Positions 26,497-34,974 of a DNA stretch of 57,953 nucleotides are shown piece after piece. Origin of the DNA: Patescibacteria group bacterium. Its GTDB lineage: Bacteria > Patescibacteriota > Microgenomatia > UBA8517. The stretch covers positions 1 through 57,953 of the forward strand of contig JBGPAU010000002.1 of NCBI GenBank assembly GCA_041480845.1, in the 5' to 3' direction. The notes beneath the pieces were generated by a model, which did not search any database, was not told the DNA's origin, and saw nothing but the letters and a program-made list of their open reading frames with translations. The position numbers and the translations under genes were made by a program. Every line of letters begins with the position of its first letter. Position 1 is the stretch's first letter.

Positions 26497-28033
26497 TTAA
26501 TACTTCAAAGAAATATAACGCGTCCTGCGGACCAAGTTGCTGGTACTCCATGGTTCCCGGAGTACGAGGTTCTTTAGGATATGACGCAATAAGCCTAAGG
26601 TTTAATTTAGCAGGATCAGCTGCCAGACGAGATTTGTTAATTATAAAATATGTTAAATTTCCGGAAAGTTTGGATTCAACCAGGGGCTCGGGTATTTTAG
26701 TCATCCATAGGCCCGTACCAATAACAATAATGTTCGGTAAATCCTGAACGTACATCGTGAACCCATCAGGCAGGGTACCAAAATACCCTTCGGTTCCCAC
26801 GACAATTCTCTTATTAGGATCCTCATTGTGCTTATTTCTAATATAATCCGCCGCTTCTTTTATGCCAATTCCTGACGTCCACTCTTGAAAATATCCTGAT
26901 CTTTCGCGCCATGGAAAATTGGCTTTCTCAGGGTTAGTTACCAAGAACCAGTCAAAGACTCCCGCCTGGACTATAAAGATAGCAAAAGCCAAAAGCGTTA
27001 TATATTTCCACTTACCAACTAAACTACTGAAAGCCCCGGCGGCAAACACATAAAGAGGCGGAACCAAAAAGAGAATATATCTTAAAGTAAAGCTTTTTGT
27101 ATATTCGGCCTCAAACATTAGCGGTGCCAAAAACCAAGCACCGAGTATCAGAATATATTTTCTGTGCTTCTTGAAATTTATTATTATTCCAATGGCCGCC
27201 AAAAGCATTAGCCCTAAAGGCCCCATTGCATATAGCCAGCTAAAAGTTACCGGAAGATTGTATTTAATCGGGTCAGTCGGATTAGTTAAGATTCTTGAAA
27301 GCGGAAAAACATAATCCTGAGTGCGGGAGGCTAGCATCCCAAAGCCGGGTCCCAAACGTTGAATGTTATACATTCCGAATGCAATAAAATAAATTACCGC
27401 CAAAAGCCCCATATATTTGAACAGATCCTTCGGTTTTTTAAGTAAAATTACTGCCACCGGAATTAACGCGGCGAAAAAAAGTGCGGGAGATTTGGTTAAG
27501 GACGCCAGGCCCAGTACAAAACCCGCTATCATTGCCAAATCAAGTCTTAAAGACTCGGACACCCGAAGACTCAGATAAAGGGTCCATATGCCTAAGCATG
27601 TCAGCATTGAATCAACCAAAGCCATCCTGTCAAAAAAGAGGGATAGGGGTGATAGCGCCCAAAGTACTGAGGCAAAAAGAGCAGCCAACTTTGACTTAAA
27701 GATATAGTAAGTCAAAACGAATAAACCGATCATGCTCCCAATCCCTGAGACAGCCGAAAGCAGTCTCCCTGCGAAAAGCGGAACTGTTAAACGCTTGACG
27801 TAAAACATCAGGATCCACATAAAAAGAGGCTGTTTTCCGTCAGATAACGGCAAAAATCTTAAGGTTGGCTCAGAATTCATAATCTGACTCCAACGTATAT
27901 AAATAGCCTCGTCCGCAAACACAGGGAGAATGGTCAGGTGGAATATTCTGAGGCCAAATCCGATAACAAAAACACCCAATCCGGCCAATACAACCCATCC
28001 CCACTCTTTCCAAAACTTCTTCACAAAATTCAT
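26486..28033 (-). CDS. ArnT-like (GT83/GT39-type) polytopic membrane glycosyltransferase
   Basis: 515 aa. Contains ILPVFADEAIYIRWSQ (acidic DE loop-1 motif) and LTKSPALFF. Multi-pass with a soluble C-terminal domain. Confidence 0.75.
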   Translation of the reverse strand: MNFVKKFWKEWGWVVLAGLGVFVIGFGLRIFHLTILPVFADEAIYIRWSQIMNSEPTLRFLPLSDGKQPLFMWILMFYVKRLTVPLFAGRLLSAVSGIGSMIGLFVLTYYIFKSKLAALFASVLWALSPLSLFFDRMALVDSMLTCLGIWTLYLSLRVSESLRLDLAMIAGFVLGLASLTKSPALFFAALIPVAVILLKKPKDLFKYMGLLAVIYFIAFGMYNIQRLGPGFGMLASRTQDYVFPLSRILTNPTDPIKYNLPVTFSWLYAMGPLGLMLLAAIGIIINFKKHRKYILILGAWFLAPLMFEAEYTKSFTLRYILFLVPPLYVFAAGAFSSLVGKWKYITLLAFAIFIVQAGVFDWFLVTNPEKANFPWRERSGYFQEWTSGIGIKEAADYIRNKHNEDPNKRIVVGTEGYFGTLPDGFTMYVQDLPNIIVIGTGLWMTKIPEPLVESKLSGNLTYFIINKSRLAADPAKLNLRLIASYPKEPRTPGTMEYQQLGPQDALYFFEVLNGK

Positions 28034-28039
28034 AATTTT

Positions 28040-28084
28040 GCCAAGCTTTGCTTACTAGGGCTTTGACTGGCCAAGCTTTGCTTA
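28040..28084 (-). promoter_or_regulatory. Two perfect 15-nt direct repeats (plus-strand GCCAAGCTTTGCTTA at 28040-28054 and 28070-28084) in the 83-nt gap upstream of the ArnT-like gene
   Basis: Read directly from the sequence. The minus-strand form is TAAGCAAAGCTTGGC. The proximal copy ends 6 nt before the ATG at 28033. Confidence 0.5.
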
Positions 28085-28095
28085 TTCGTACTCAA

Positions 28096-28104
28096 ATTTT
28101 AACA
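28096..28104 (-). promoter_or_regulatory. Extended -10 box TGTTAAAAT
   Basis: Minus-strand TGnTAnnnT match, 11 nt upstream of the distal TAAGCAAAGCTTGGC repeat. Confidence 0.4.
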
Positions 28105-28116
28105 TAAAGGGCTCCT

Positions 28117-28863
28117 TTAGACACGGTATTTTCCCTGAAGAGCGTTGATACGTACCATAAGAAGACCCCGAAGGCCTTCGATTGAATCTTTAATCGGATC
28201 TACTTTTGTTCCTTCCTTGTGATACCAATCAACCGGAACTTCAGCAACTTTATAACCTAGTTTTCTGGCAACATATAAGACCTCCAAATCAAATCCGGCG
28301 GTAACTGAGGCGCCTTCACTTTTATTTTTTGAACTGAATATCTCAAGGTGTTTGAAAATTTCTTTTGCTGCTTGCGTCGTAAAGGCTTTGAAGCCACATT
28401 GTGTATCTCTAAATGGAAGTCTCAAAACCAAAAATCTCAATACCGAAAATCCATAGGCCATAATTTTCCGGATTAAAGGAGCCCCCTCTCTTCCATGACG
28501 CGATCCGATAACCACATCATATCTTTCCTCAAATTTAGGAAGTATTTTCCCAAGTTGGTCGATGGGCGTCGCCTGATCAGTATCCGTAAATATGATTACA
28601 CTACCTTTAGCTTTTAACATTCCCGCAATCACTGTTCCACCTTTTCCTCTATGAGGTTCTTTCATGACTGTAAACCCGTTGTGTCGGCCGCTAAATTCTT
28701 CCGCAATTTTTACAGTTCCGTCTGTCGATCCGTCATCAACAAATAAGATCTCCCAGGAATAACTCTGCTTTTTCAGGTAATTATAAACCGAGTCCAACAC
28801 TCCGGTACGGAGATTGTGTTCTTCGTTAAACGCCGGCATCACAACGCTAAGAAATGTTTTCAC
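28117..28863 (-). CDS. GT2 polyprenyl-phosphate sugar synthase (DPG/DPM-synthase or GtrB/ArnC type)
   Basis: 248 aa. Contains LSVVMPAFNEEHNL...ILFVDDGSTDGT, FTDTDQATP and RDTQCGFKAF. Confidence 0.8.
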   Translation of the reverse strand: MKTFLSVVMPAFNEEHNLRTGVLDSVYNYLKKQSYSWEILFVDDGSTDGTVKIAEEFSGRHNGFTVMKEPHRGKGGTVIAGMLKAKGSVIIFTDTDQATPIDQLGKILPKFEERYDVVIGSRHGREGAPLIRKIMAYGFSVLRFLVLRLPFRDTQCGFKAFTTQAAKEIFKHLEIFSSKNKSEGASVTAGFDLEVLYVARKLGYKVAEVPVDWYHKEGTKVDPIKDSIEGLRGLLMVRINALQGKYRV

Positions 28864-30350
28864 TTTTTTGGTATTCTTTGTCTCTCCTGAACGACTATTC
28901 CCCCAAATCTATCCTCCTTTATAATCCTACCAATTCCTTCCTGCCTATCAAGCCAGGCCTGAAGACGTTCGGGATGATCAGGATCAGCTTCATACAAAGT
29001 ATAAAGTAACGGTATGTTTTTATCCAACGGCAGTCGTTGATATTTTTGGCTACCTTGCCATTCAAAAAGGTATTGATAAGCATATGGAATGACAGGGGGA
29101 ACATATTCATCGACATTAAAGTCTCTTCCATTGGAAGCTGCGTACACCCAGTCAATCGCCTTCAGTTGATTTGAAAAGGTAATGATTTTCGGGTCATTCA
29201 GAGAAATAAAATATGTTTCTTTAAATCCAATCGCATTTTTAACAAGTAGCGTGATAACAAAAACAACAATTGTCACTCTTCCTAACCATTTATTTGAAAT
29301 TGACATAAAAATATAGGAAAAAATTAAAATCCAAATCAAATAATATCCGGTAAAGTAGTAGTCATAAATTGCACCAAGATTACCTATAAAGAATAACGTA
29401 CCGATAAATGGTGCTGTCGAAAGAATAAACAGGATCTTGAATTTATCATCCTTCCAGAATTTTTTCCAACCGGCGACCATAAGAGCTATAAAAATAACAA
29501 AAAATGGAGCGAACAATATTCCTCCGTTTATCCAAAATTTTGAATAAAACAAATTATAATCATACGGAAGTCGATCGCCTATTATTTGTAAAAAATTAAT
29601 GGTGAATGTTTTTTCATGGAAAATAAATTGATATAGAGCACCACTCAAAACACCAGGGTGGCGAAGTTCAAAAAGGCCCTGGGGAACTAAGGTAACAAGA
29701 AAAGAAATTAAAGTTAAAAGAATTATTTTGAAATTGGGTAAAATATTCCTTTTTAGATAAAGGATAAAAATAATTGCAGGGATGTAAAATATTTCCGTTG
29801 CGGCACTAAATTGAAGAGATAGGCCTACCATAAGACCAATCAAAGGAAGAGCCCATACCCGCTTATCAAGAAATTTGAAAAGCGCCCAAATCAAAATAAC
29901 GCTGACCAGAAGTGTGGGGGTCGGATCCGAAAGCCAGCGGGAGGCTCCGACTATATAATATGAGACTGAGGCAATAAATGCCGCCAAAATCCCGACCTTT
30001 CTTCCCCCGATTTTTTCACCCAATTTATAGAGAATAAATACTGCAGAGATTGAAGTCAGTATTAAAAAAATATTGGGCCAAAGGGGATTCCCACTACCCA
30101 AAAAGTAAAATGGTGTAATCAGCCAGTAATACCATGCACCCCTAAACATCCCTGTAAAACCCATCATCGGCCCGATTAAAAATGTTTTACCTTTATGAAT
30201 AAAGTCCCAGATTACAAGGGCATCCCTGCCCTGGTCATACCAAAAACCAAGAAGTTCATTAATACGAAATAGTCTAAGAAATGATGCTAATGACAAAATG
30301 ATTATCGGGAGATGATTGTCCGAAAAGAACTTCTTAACTTTTTTTGGCAT
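28860..30350 (-). CDS. Polytopic membrane protein, ArnT/GT39-like GT-C, group D (DQxRD motif)
   Basis: Contains WYDQGRDALVIWDFIHKGKTFLIGPMMGFTGMFRGAWYYWLITP. The ATG at 30350 (MPKKVKKFF...) is preferred over 30473 because the longer form would overlap nrnA by 140 nt. Confidence 0.7.
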   Translation of the reverse strand: MPKKVKKFFSDNHLPIIILSLASFLRLFRINELLGFWYDQGRDALVIWDFIHKGKTFLIGPMMGFTGMFRGAWYYWLITPFYFLGSGNPLWPNIFLILTSISAVFILYKLGEKIGGRKVGILAAFIASVSYYIVGASRWLSDPTPTLLVSVILIWALFKFLDKRVWALPLIGLMVGLSLQFSAATEIFYIPAIIFILYLKRNILPNFKIILLTLISFLVTLVPQGLFELRHPGVLSGALYQFIFHEKTFTINFLQIIGDRLPYDYNLFYSKFWINGGILFAPFFVIFIALMVAGWKKFWKDDKFKILFILSTAPFIGTLFFIGNLGAIYDYYFTGYYLIWILIFSYIFMSISNKWLGRVTIVVFVITLLVKNAIGFKETYFISLNDPKIITFSNQLKAIDWVYAASNGRDFNVDEYVPPVIPYAYQYLFEWQGSQKYQRLPLDKNIPLLYTLYEADPDHPERLQAWLDRQEGIGRIIKEDRFGGIVVQERQRIPKK

Positions 30351-31317
30351 ACTTTCTGGCAGCCCTAAGAACTTTATCGACAGCCTGATCAAACGGCAAC
30401 CCTTCGATTCTTGCTCCGGCTGCGGCTTTGTGGCCCCCGCCTCCGACCTCCTCCGCAATTTTGGAAACATCAAAACCGGAACGGGATCTAAAACTTACAG
30501 AAAGAACTTGATCGTTTGTTTCCACCATTACTATTCCGAAATCCGTTCCTTTGACTATAGGGAAAAACAAATTGGCAACGTCCTCCTTGGCATAAGGATA
30601 CTCCCCAAAATCCTTATATGTGGAAAGTGAAATCGCTGACCAAATAAAATTATCTTCAATTTTCATATTTTCAATAAATTTACCCCACATTTTTACTTCT
30701 TTAAAATCAATATTTCTGTAAATGTTATAAATTATTTTGTCCTTATCGGCCCCTAAATCCATAAGCGATGCTGCAATTCTAAGGGTTCCCTCTCCAACAT
30801 TTTGATATTGAAATGATCCCGTATCTCCGATTATTCCGGTCAAAAGGCATTCTCCCACCTCTTTATCTACTACAACGCCCCAATCCTCAAAAATTTTATA
30901 TAAAAGTTCTCCTGTAGAAGTAATTTTAGTATCTATCAAATTAACTTTTCCAAACTTTTCGTTTGAAATATGATGATCGATCACAATAGTATTAATACTG
31001 GGCTTGTCACTGTCTTTCAATCCGGTAACCATTGCGTAAGTTGATGAATCAATTACAAGAAAAAGATCATAGCTTGAAAAATCGAAGGTTGAAAAATTTA
31101 CCCTCCAAATAGAATCCGCTCCGTTGAGAAAACCCAAATCGGACGGGATGTCACTTGGACAAATTATTGTTACATCCTTGCCTAATTTTTTCAGCACCAT
31201 GGAAAGGGCTAAGGCACTCCCCACGGAATCCGAATCAGGACCCCTGTGGCAGTTGACCAAAATCTTTTTAGCCTTTTTAATACTTTCTAAAATTTCTGTA
31301 GATTTTTTGTAATTCAT
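30334..31317 (-). CDS. nrnA: DHH/DHHA1 phosphoesterase, NrnA-like (oligoribonuclease/pAp phosphatase)
   Basis: 327 aa. Contains CHRGPDSDSVGSALAL, VIDHHISN (DHH motif) and GGGGHKAAAG (DHHA1 motif). Confidence 0.8.
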   Translation of the reverse strand: MNYKKSTEILESIKKAKKILVNCHRGPDSDSVGSALALSMVLKKLGKDVTIICPSDIPSDLGFLNGADSIWRVNFSTFDFSSYDLFLVIDSSTYAMVTGLKDSDKPSINTIVIDHHISNEKFGKVNLIDTKITSTGELLYKIFEDWGVVVDKEVGECLLTGIIGDTGSFQYQNVGEGTLRIAASLMDLGADKDKIIYNIYRNIDFKEVKMWGKFIENMKIEDNFIWSAISLSTYKDFGEYPYAKEDVANLFFPIVKGTDFGIVMVETNDQVLSVSFRSRSGFDVSKIAEEVGGGGHKAAAGARIEGLPFDQAVDKVLRAARKYAKKS

Positions 31318-32828
31318 TTTGTATGACCAAGCTTAAAAAGCGTCCCTCCCCAAACCGGCCATTCGTCAACTATTTTAGTCCATCCGAAATTAGTAATCCA
31401 GGCGGAAGGATTATGAACCGGGTCACATTTTTCTCTTGGGAATTCGCAAACAACAAAAAGCTGATCTGTCACCGTGAATTTGAGTGATGAGGGGTCGGTA
31501 TCAACTACCTTAGCTCCCCAAATAATCAGAAAGTATTGGTAAACATCCCGATTGTTAAGATCTGAAATAGTAGCTATATTAAACCTCTTCCCACTTGCCT
31601 TTTCCTGTATTACCTTTGCTACTGAAATAGCCCGCTGCATTTGATAGGTCGGGTCAGACAATACTGGTGAATTTATCAGATTAATTGACACCAAAGACAA
31701 AAAATATACCGAAAATACTGAATACCAAATTTTCGATTTCCAGATATTCCCCGCAATGGCGCCAATTATCAAAAACGGAGCGGGAAAAAGGAAACCAAGA
31801 TAGTGATCAAAAACAGGGTTCTTGTAAACAGAAAATCCCGCCAGTCCCAGTGCCAACCATAAAAGCACCAAGCCTAATGAACTTTTAATTTTTTTATTTA
31901 TAAATGCCCAAATAAAAATAAACAAGAAAAGTGCCAGTGTAATAACGCTCAGACATAAATTTTTTGAAGAAATTAAATTAGATGCAACCATAAATGCCGC
32001 AGAGCCGACCCTTGAAAAAGCGGGTCCGAGTAAAAAGCCGACGTCTTTCCCACTGGTAACAAGCGTTTCAATGGCCTTAAGATTTGTACCTCCGTGCCGG
32101 ATATCAAAAATCAAAAGCGGCGACATCAACACCAAAAATAAAGAAGCACCAATTATGGATTTTTTAACGAAGAGACTGCCTGGATCGGTTTTCCTTACAT
32201 TGATAAATGATAAAATCCAAAATATAAATAAAGTTGGTGACAAAAGTAGTCCTAGGTAGTGAGACTGTAAAACAAATGCAAACGAAATTCCCAAAACGAT
32301 TAACCAATTAAACTTGTTTTCCTTCCAGACTTTCCAGATAGAATAAATGCAAAGGAGCGCAAAAAATGGCATTATATTTGGGTTCCACGAAGACCTTGAA
32401 AAATTTATTACTGTCGGCGAAATTGCATATAATCCGGCGGATATTAAACCTGCAGTTTTGCCAAACCATTCGCGCCCAGCTAACCAGACGAAAAACACAG
32501 TAACAACGCCCAACAACGCAATCTGCACCGCCGGCCCCACCGGAGAAAAGTTGGCGATTAGTAGTGCCGGAGCCATCATGTAGTAATAGAGCGGTCCCAA
32601 ATACATATTGCCGATAGAAGTACCGGGCCCGATAAGAGGAGGGTGAAGTTCTGTAAGAAACCTTCTGACTATAATGACATCGCGTCCTTCATCCCCTAAA
32701 AAAGTCATGTACTGGTCAATTTTATACAGCCGCAAAAATGCGCTGACTGCCAAAATTATCAGCAATACCCAAAATTCCACGGGGCTTTCTTTAATCCAAT
32801 TTTTAAATTTTAATGCAATTTTTTCCAC
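31314..32828 (-). CDS. Polytopic membrane protein, ArnT/GT39-like GT-C, group D
   Basis: 504 aa with a GTG start. Contains FLGDEGRDVIIVRRFLTELHPPLIGPGTSIGNMYLGPLYYYMMAP. Overlaps the upstream polyprenyl-P GT2 by 19 nt. Confidence 0.75.
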   Translation of the reverse strand: MEKIALKFKNWIKESPVEFWVLLIILAVSAFLRLYKIDQYMTFLGDEGRDVIIVRRFLTELHPPLIGPGTSIGNMYLGPLYYYMMAPALLIANFSPVGPAVQIALLGVVTVFFVWLAGREWFGKTAGLISAGLYAISPTVINFSRSSWNPNIMPFFALLCIYSIWKVWKENKFNWLIVLGISFAFVLQSHYLGLLLSPTLFIFWILSFINVRKTDPGSLFVKKSIIGASLFLVLMSPLLIFDIRHGGTNLKAIETLVTSGKDVGFLLGPAFSRVGSAAFMVASNLISSKNLCLSVITLALFLFIFIWAFINKKIKSSLGLVLLWLALGLAGFSVYKNPVFDHYLGFLFPAPFLIIGAIAGNIWKSKIWYSVFSVYFLSLVSINLINSPVLSDPTYQMQRAISVAKVIQEKASGKRFNIATISDLNNRDVYQYFLIIWGAKVVDTDPSSLKFTVTDQLFVVCEFPREKCDPVHNPSAWITNFGWTKIVDEWPVWGGTLFKLGHTK

Positions 32829-33520
32829 AGCCGCAGTAAATCAATAAAACTCTTAAATATAACATTCAAATTTCTACCCGTGCCAACGCCTTTCAACCTG
32901 GGATAATGCGTTACGGAAATCTCTGCTATTCTGAAACCTTCATTTCTGGCTTTTATTAAAAGTTCACTGCTGATAAAAGCTCCCCTTTGGCTCTCAAGAT
33001 GTGGAATCGTTTCGATAACTTTCTTGGAAATCAATTTAAATCCGCAATCTATGTCGCGGACTTTCAGGCCAAAAAGCATAAAGACCGTCAATTCCCAAAG
33101 TTTGCTTGTTATTTTTTTAAAAGTGGAGACTTGTCTTTTTTTATAATAACCGATGACAAGATCTGCATTGGCTTCTCGACGCTTCGCGATAAAATCCGTA
33201 ATTTCGGCAAAATCAAATTGCCCGTCCGAATCCGTAAAAGCAATCCACGGGTATTTGCTTTCATATAAACCGGATGCGATAGAAGCACCATATCCTTCAT
33301 TCACTTTGTGTGTTATAACACGAATTCTTTTTTCCGACTGTGCCAGCTCTCTAATTAATTCCGGTGACTTGTCGGTTGACCCGTCATTAATGATAATTAG
33401 CTCCCACTCCTCCGCCACATTCTGAAGTACTTCTTTTGTAGCCAAAACCACACTTTCAAGATTTGCTTCTTCATTATAAATGGGTAAAAAAACCGAAAGT
33501 TCGTCAATTATCTTGGCCAC
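32810..33520 (-). CDS. GT2 polyprenyl-phosphate sugar synthase (DPM1/GtrB type)
   Basis: 236 aa with a GTG start. Contains LSVFLPIYNEEANL...LIIINDGSTDKS, FTDSDGQFD and RDIDCGFKL. Confidence 0.8.
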   Translation of the reverse strand: MAKIIDELSVFLPIYNEEANLESVVLATKEVLQNVAEEWELIIINDGSTDKSPELIRELAQSEKRIRVITHKVNEGYGASIASGLYESKYPWIAFTDSDGQFDFAEITDFIAKRREANADLVIGYYKKRQVSTFKKITSKLWELTVFMLFGLKVRDIDCGFKLISKKVIETIPHLESQRGAFISSELLIKARNEGFRIAEISVTHYPRLKGVGTGRNLNVIFKSFIDLLRLWKKLH

Positions 33521-33551
33521 ATACGCAGTCTAGCATATTACGCCTGCATCG

Positions 33552-33560
33552 TGCTAATAT
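33552..33560 (+). promoter_or_regulatory. Extended -10 box TGCTAATAT, 9 nt before the ATG at 33570
   Basis: TGnTAnnnT match in the 49-nt divergent gap. A minus-strand TAATAT at 33535-33540 lies 14 nt before the GTG at 33520. Confidence 0.4.
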
Positions 33561-33569
33561 CTAAGGTAC

Positions 33570-34730
33570 ATGAAGGGAGTATTTAAGGGACTGGCTATTG
33601 CCACCTTGTTATCGCTTGTTCCGACGTTTTTGATTTGGCTTCCATTAATATTGCGTATGGGCACATTCTGGAGTATTCCTTTACCCCAAAACGGTATGGC
33701 TACAATTGTTGCTAACTATGATGGTCCTCTTTATTTGGTCGCCGCAAAAACACTCTATAATAAGACGCAAATTGGGGCTAATTTTCAGTTTCCATTACCC
33801 ACAGAATACTACACCGCGCATTTTCCCCTTTTCCCTATTCTTATAAGACTTTTCGGCTTAGTAACTAATTACCCGTATGCGATGTTGATTGTTACGGCCC
33901 TATCGTCAATTTTGGCCATCTATTTTTTTATGAAACTAATCTCTCAGTATGTTGAGAGGAAAGGTGTTTTATTCCTAACTTTTCTTTTTTCAATATTCCC
34001 GGCAAGATGGCTTATTGTAAGATCCGTCGGGTCTGCCGATCCTCTTTTCGTGGCTTCGGTAATTGCATCTCTTTACTTCTTCAAAAATAAGAAATACTGG
34101 TTGGCCGGGCTCTTGGGTGCAATCGCCCAATTGACTAAATCCCCCGGAATCTTACTCTTTATCTCCTATTTGATTTTTCTTTTGATACCGGTTATCAAAA
34201 ATAAGATTTTTGTACCTGCCGGCAAATGGATTGAGAATCTTAATCTTAAAAAAACCTTCCCGATTTTGCTAATTCCGCTAAGCCTTATAGCCGTTTTTAG
34301 TTTTTATAAGATTGTTCAGGGAGATTTTTGGGCATATTTCCATTCGGGAGATAACATTCACCTGATTTTCCCGCCATTCCAAATATTCAACTATTCGTCC
34401 CCCTGGGTAGGAACATTCTGGCTGGAAGAAATAATTTTTATATATTTATTGGGGGCAATCGGAGTTTACAAGCTTTTTCAAAGGAAAGAATACGAACTGG
34501 GTACATTTGGAGTAATATTTTTCTTCCTGTCGCTATTTATCGCACACCGGGATTTAATGAGATATTCCCTTCCTCTGGTACCTTGCTTATTTGTGGCATT
34601 TTCCGATACTTTAATTAAGAAAGAATTTAAAATCGGGCTCATGGTAGTAATTATTCCGATTTACTTGTATTGCCTGGCATTCATTTCCCAAAACGTGATG
34701 CCAATTGCAAACTGGGGGCCATTCCTGTAA
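33570..34730 (+). CDS. Polytopic membrane protein, GT-C-like (PIG-V/DUF2029-like by appearance)
   Basis: 386 aa. Contains NYDGPLYLVAAKTLY in the first loop and LTKSPGILLF, with about 10 hydrophobic segments. Confidence 0.55.
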   Translation: MKGVFKGLAIATLLSLVPTFLIWLPLILRMGTFWSIPLPQNGMATIVANYDGPLYLVAAKTLYNKTQIGANFQFPLPTEYYTAHFPLFPILIRLFGLVTNYPYAMLIVTALSSILAIYFFMKLISQYVERKGVLFLTFLFSIFPARWLIVRSVGSADPLFVASVIASLYFFKNKKYWLAGLLGAIAQLTKSPGILLFISYLIFLLIPVIKNKIFVPAGKWIENLNLKKTFPILLIPLSLIAVFSFYKIVQGDFWAYFHSGDNIHLIFPPFQIFNYSSPWVGTFWLEEIIFIYLLGAIGVYKLFQRKEYELGTFGVIFFFLSLFIAHRDLMRYSLPLVPCLFVAFSDTLIKKEFKIGLMVVIIPIYLYCLAFISQNVMPIANWGPFL

Positions 34731-34770
34731 ATAAGCATGGGTTTTTACCAAAACTTCAGTCTAATCTTGT

Positions 34771-34974
34771 ATGAGCGAGGTTCCCCGGCATTGGAGACTT
34801 AACCAACAAAGATACAATCTCGTAGGAGAGAAATGTCCCCATTGTGAAACTTTGATGTTTCCCCCAAGAGATATTTGTATTGACTGTGGGCAGTCGGCGA
34901 AAGAAACAACGGGAGAAATATATTCGAGCCTTAAGATTTCTTTGCCCAGGGAAGTTCCCACGTCTTCCAAATAA
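34771..34974 (+). CDS. Short zinc-ribbon ORF resembling the N-terminus of DUF35 (Zn-ribbon/OB-fold) proteins; possibly a gene remnant
   Basis: 67 aa. Contains RHWRLNQQRYNLVGEKCPHCETLMFPPRDICIDCG (CxxC...CxxC). No OB-fold follows. The 3' end overlaps the convergent 34931-36079 gene. Confidence 0.35.
   Translation: MSEVPRHWRLNQQRYNLVGEKCPHCETLMFPPRDICIDCGQSAKETTGEIYSSLKISLPREVPTSSK

Noticed and set aside
28040-28084. Possibility that the 15-nt direct repeats are a minimal CRISPR array or a mobile-element terminal repeat
   Set aside because: There are only two copies, with a 15-nt spacer. There are no cas genes, no transposase and no target-site duplication. Promoter-proximal placement at three loci fits a regulatory element better.
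34738-34756. Short hairpin (GTTTT/AAAAC) after the 33570-34730 gene as a possible terminator
   Set aside because: The stem is only 5 bp, entirely weak pairs apart from one G-C, and has no following T-run.
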